Shown piece by piece: positions 62,734 to 64,000 of a DNA stretch of 64,000 nt. The notes beneath the pieces are model-generated. The model did not search any database. It was not told the origin of the DNA and was given only the letters and a program-made list of their open reading frames with translations. Both the position numbers and the translations under genes were made by a program. This DNA comes from Kondoa subrosea (lineage: Eukaryota): positions 992,001-1,056,000 of the forward strand of contig BCIN01000006.1 in NCBI GenBank assembly GCA_039545335.1, read 5' to 3'. Within the stretch, counting starts at the first letter, position 1. Each line of letters opens with the position of its first letter.

Positions 62734-63866
62734 ATGGAGTCAAGACAAGCATTACAGCACTGTCCCGACTGGATGAAGGAGCTGATTCCTGCGGAGGTGA
62801 CTCGGCAAACTAAATATCTGGAAACACTTCAATGGTCAAAAATGATAAACGCCAGCCCGCAAATAATTCAGCACATTATGGCAGAGAGTACCTTGGATGC
62901 AACTACTCTGTACGATACTGTGCTGCGAAGGATCTTTTCCGAATCTCCGGAGGCAGCGGTACAAGCTCTCGTAGTGGATCTGCCAGAAAAATACAGGACA
63001 GGAAATATTATGTGGATAATATCGCTAAGATTGTCTTGTATCTCTCTAGCTTTCTTTCCACCTCCAATTATTTACGCGCTTTTGGTCACGACGATGCGAA
63101 AGCTCTGCTTCCTCTATTGATCACTCTGCTGTTGCCGATATACAGCATCTATGATGATGGTATTTCAAGTGAAGAGTACATGATGCCAAGCCTAGTCACT
63201 CCCCTCTTAGTCACTTTCCGGAAGCAACCTCTTCTATGCGATAATATGATGCAAGACTTGAAGCTAGCAGATCCTGGACTACTCGAAGCATGGAAAGATG
63301 ACCTTCAGAATTTCATGAAACCGGCTCTGCGAAAGGGTATAGCGAACTTGCATCCACAGCATCGAACCGTCTTTTCTTTCGCAGTTTATACCTCGGCAAC
63401 CCTAGGGCTTTCCCTTCCCGAAGACACGGACTCGTACAAATTACCACCGTCTATGCGTCTAATTACAGAATTACCAACGGCACAGCAACGTATGGATGCT
63501 CTGTACAAAAACAACAGCAATAATCATCTCTTGCGCAATACTGTCTTCTTCTCCTGCGTATACTGCACGGCACATTACACGAGGATACCATCTTATGAAG
63601 TACCAGAAGAGGATCCCATCAGCTCTAGATTCAAGTTCTGCAGCGGGTAAGTACATTGTTTGCCTAATTTTGGCGCTGACCGCATGGTTCACAGATGTTC
63701 TTGCGCCATGTACTGTTCCCAGAGTTGTCAAGTTGCGGACTGGAAAGCAGGGCACAAAGAGCGATGCTCAGGTACCAAGCGCAAGCGAGCTGAGAAGGAA
63801 AAGGCTAGGCAAGAGAAAGAGCAGAAAGAGAGGGGCAAGGTGTATCTGGTACGGCTTCTGGAATAA
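62734..63866 (+). CDS. MYND-type zinc finger protein
   Basis: CVYC...FKFCSG|CSCAMYCSQSCQVADWKAGHKERC across an intron near 63647-63694; the N-terminal frame junction near 62960-63000 is unresolved. Confidence 0.75.
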
Positions 63867-64000
63867 CCCGATGAATGCAGACAAGAAGTCAGTCGTGTTT
63901 CAATTGAAGACCATGCTGCGCTAAAACTTGTGCCCTGCAGTCTTCTTATCTATACCATCAATCGTCAACATATTTTCTCTGTCTACTACCATCTCCTCAA

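Noticed and set aside
1..64000. Transposable elements, rRNA genes or CRISPR arrays
   Set aside because: No transposase, reverse transcriptase, integrase catalytic motifs, long terminal repeats, rRNA sequence or spaced repeat arrays were seen.

Overview
Compact, intron-dense fungal nuclear DNA. The gene content, ~45-65 nt GT/GC-AG introns with CTRAC/CTRAT branch points and frequent microexons suggest a basidiomycete, probably Pucciniomycotina; this is inference and was not checked by search. I assembled about 35 protein-coding genes by hand from split ORFs, so boundaries are approximate. They include an SMP-30/gluconolactonase, TAP42, a PhnP-like metallo-beta-lactamase, glycogen phosphorylase, arabinono-lactone oxidase, a GH3 beta-glucosidase, a DUF4139/4140 protein, ATP12, mitoribosomal mS33/RSM27, a secreted five-WSC protein, an RRN6-like protein, a mitochondrial carrier, SRR1, an auxin-efflux-type transporter, a peroxisomal quinone reductase-like MDR, YAF9, RTC3-like and PRM10-like genes, a SETD6-like methyltransferase, a minimal kinase, an NmrA-like reductase, a ferritin-like Rds1 protein, an intronless SGNH hydrolase and a MYND-finger protein. 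The most striking element is a cryptic tRNA gene on the minus strand (60122-60262). Its D-stem is interrupted by a 54-nt insert carrying this genome's spliceosomal signals (GTCAGT...CTGAC...CAG), and it also has a canonical 37/38 tRNA intron, an Ala-like body, an AGT anticodon and a non-standard T-loop. Other notable items are a protein with two duplicated tyrosine-recombinase core-binding-like domains and two extremely tight head-to-head gene pairs (26 and 46 bp between start codons).
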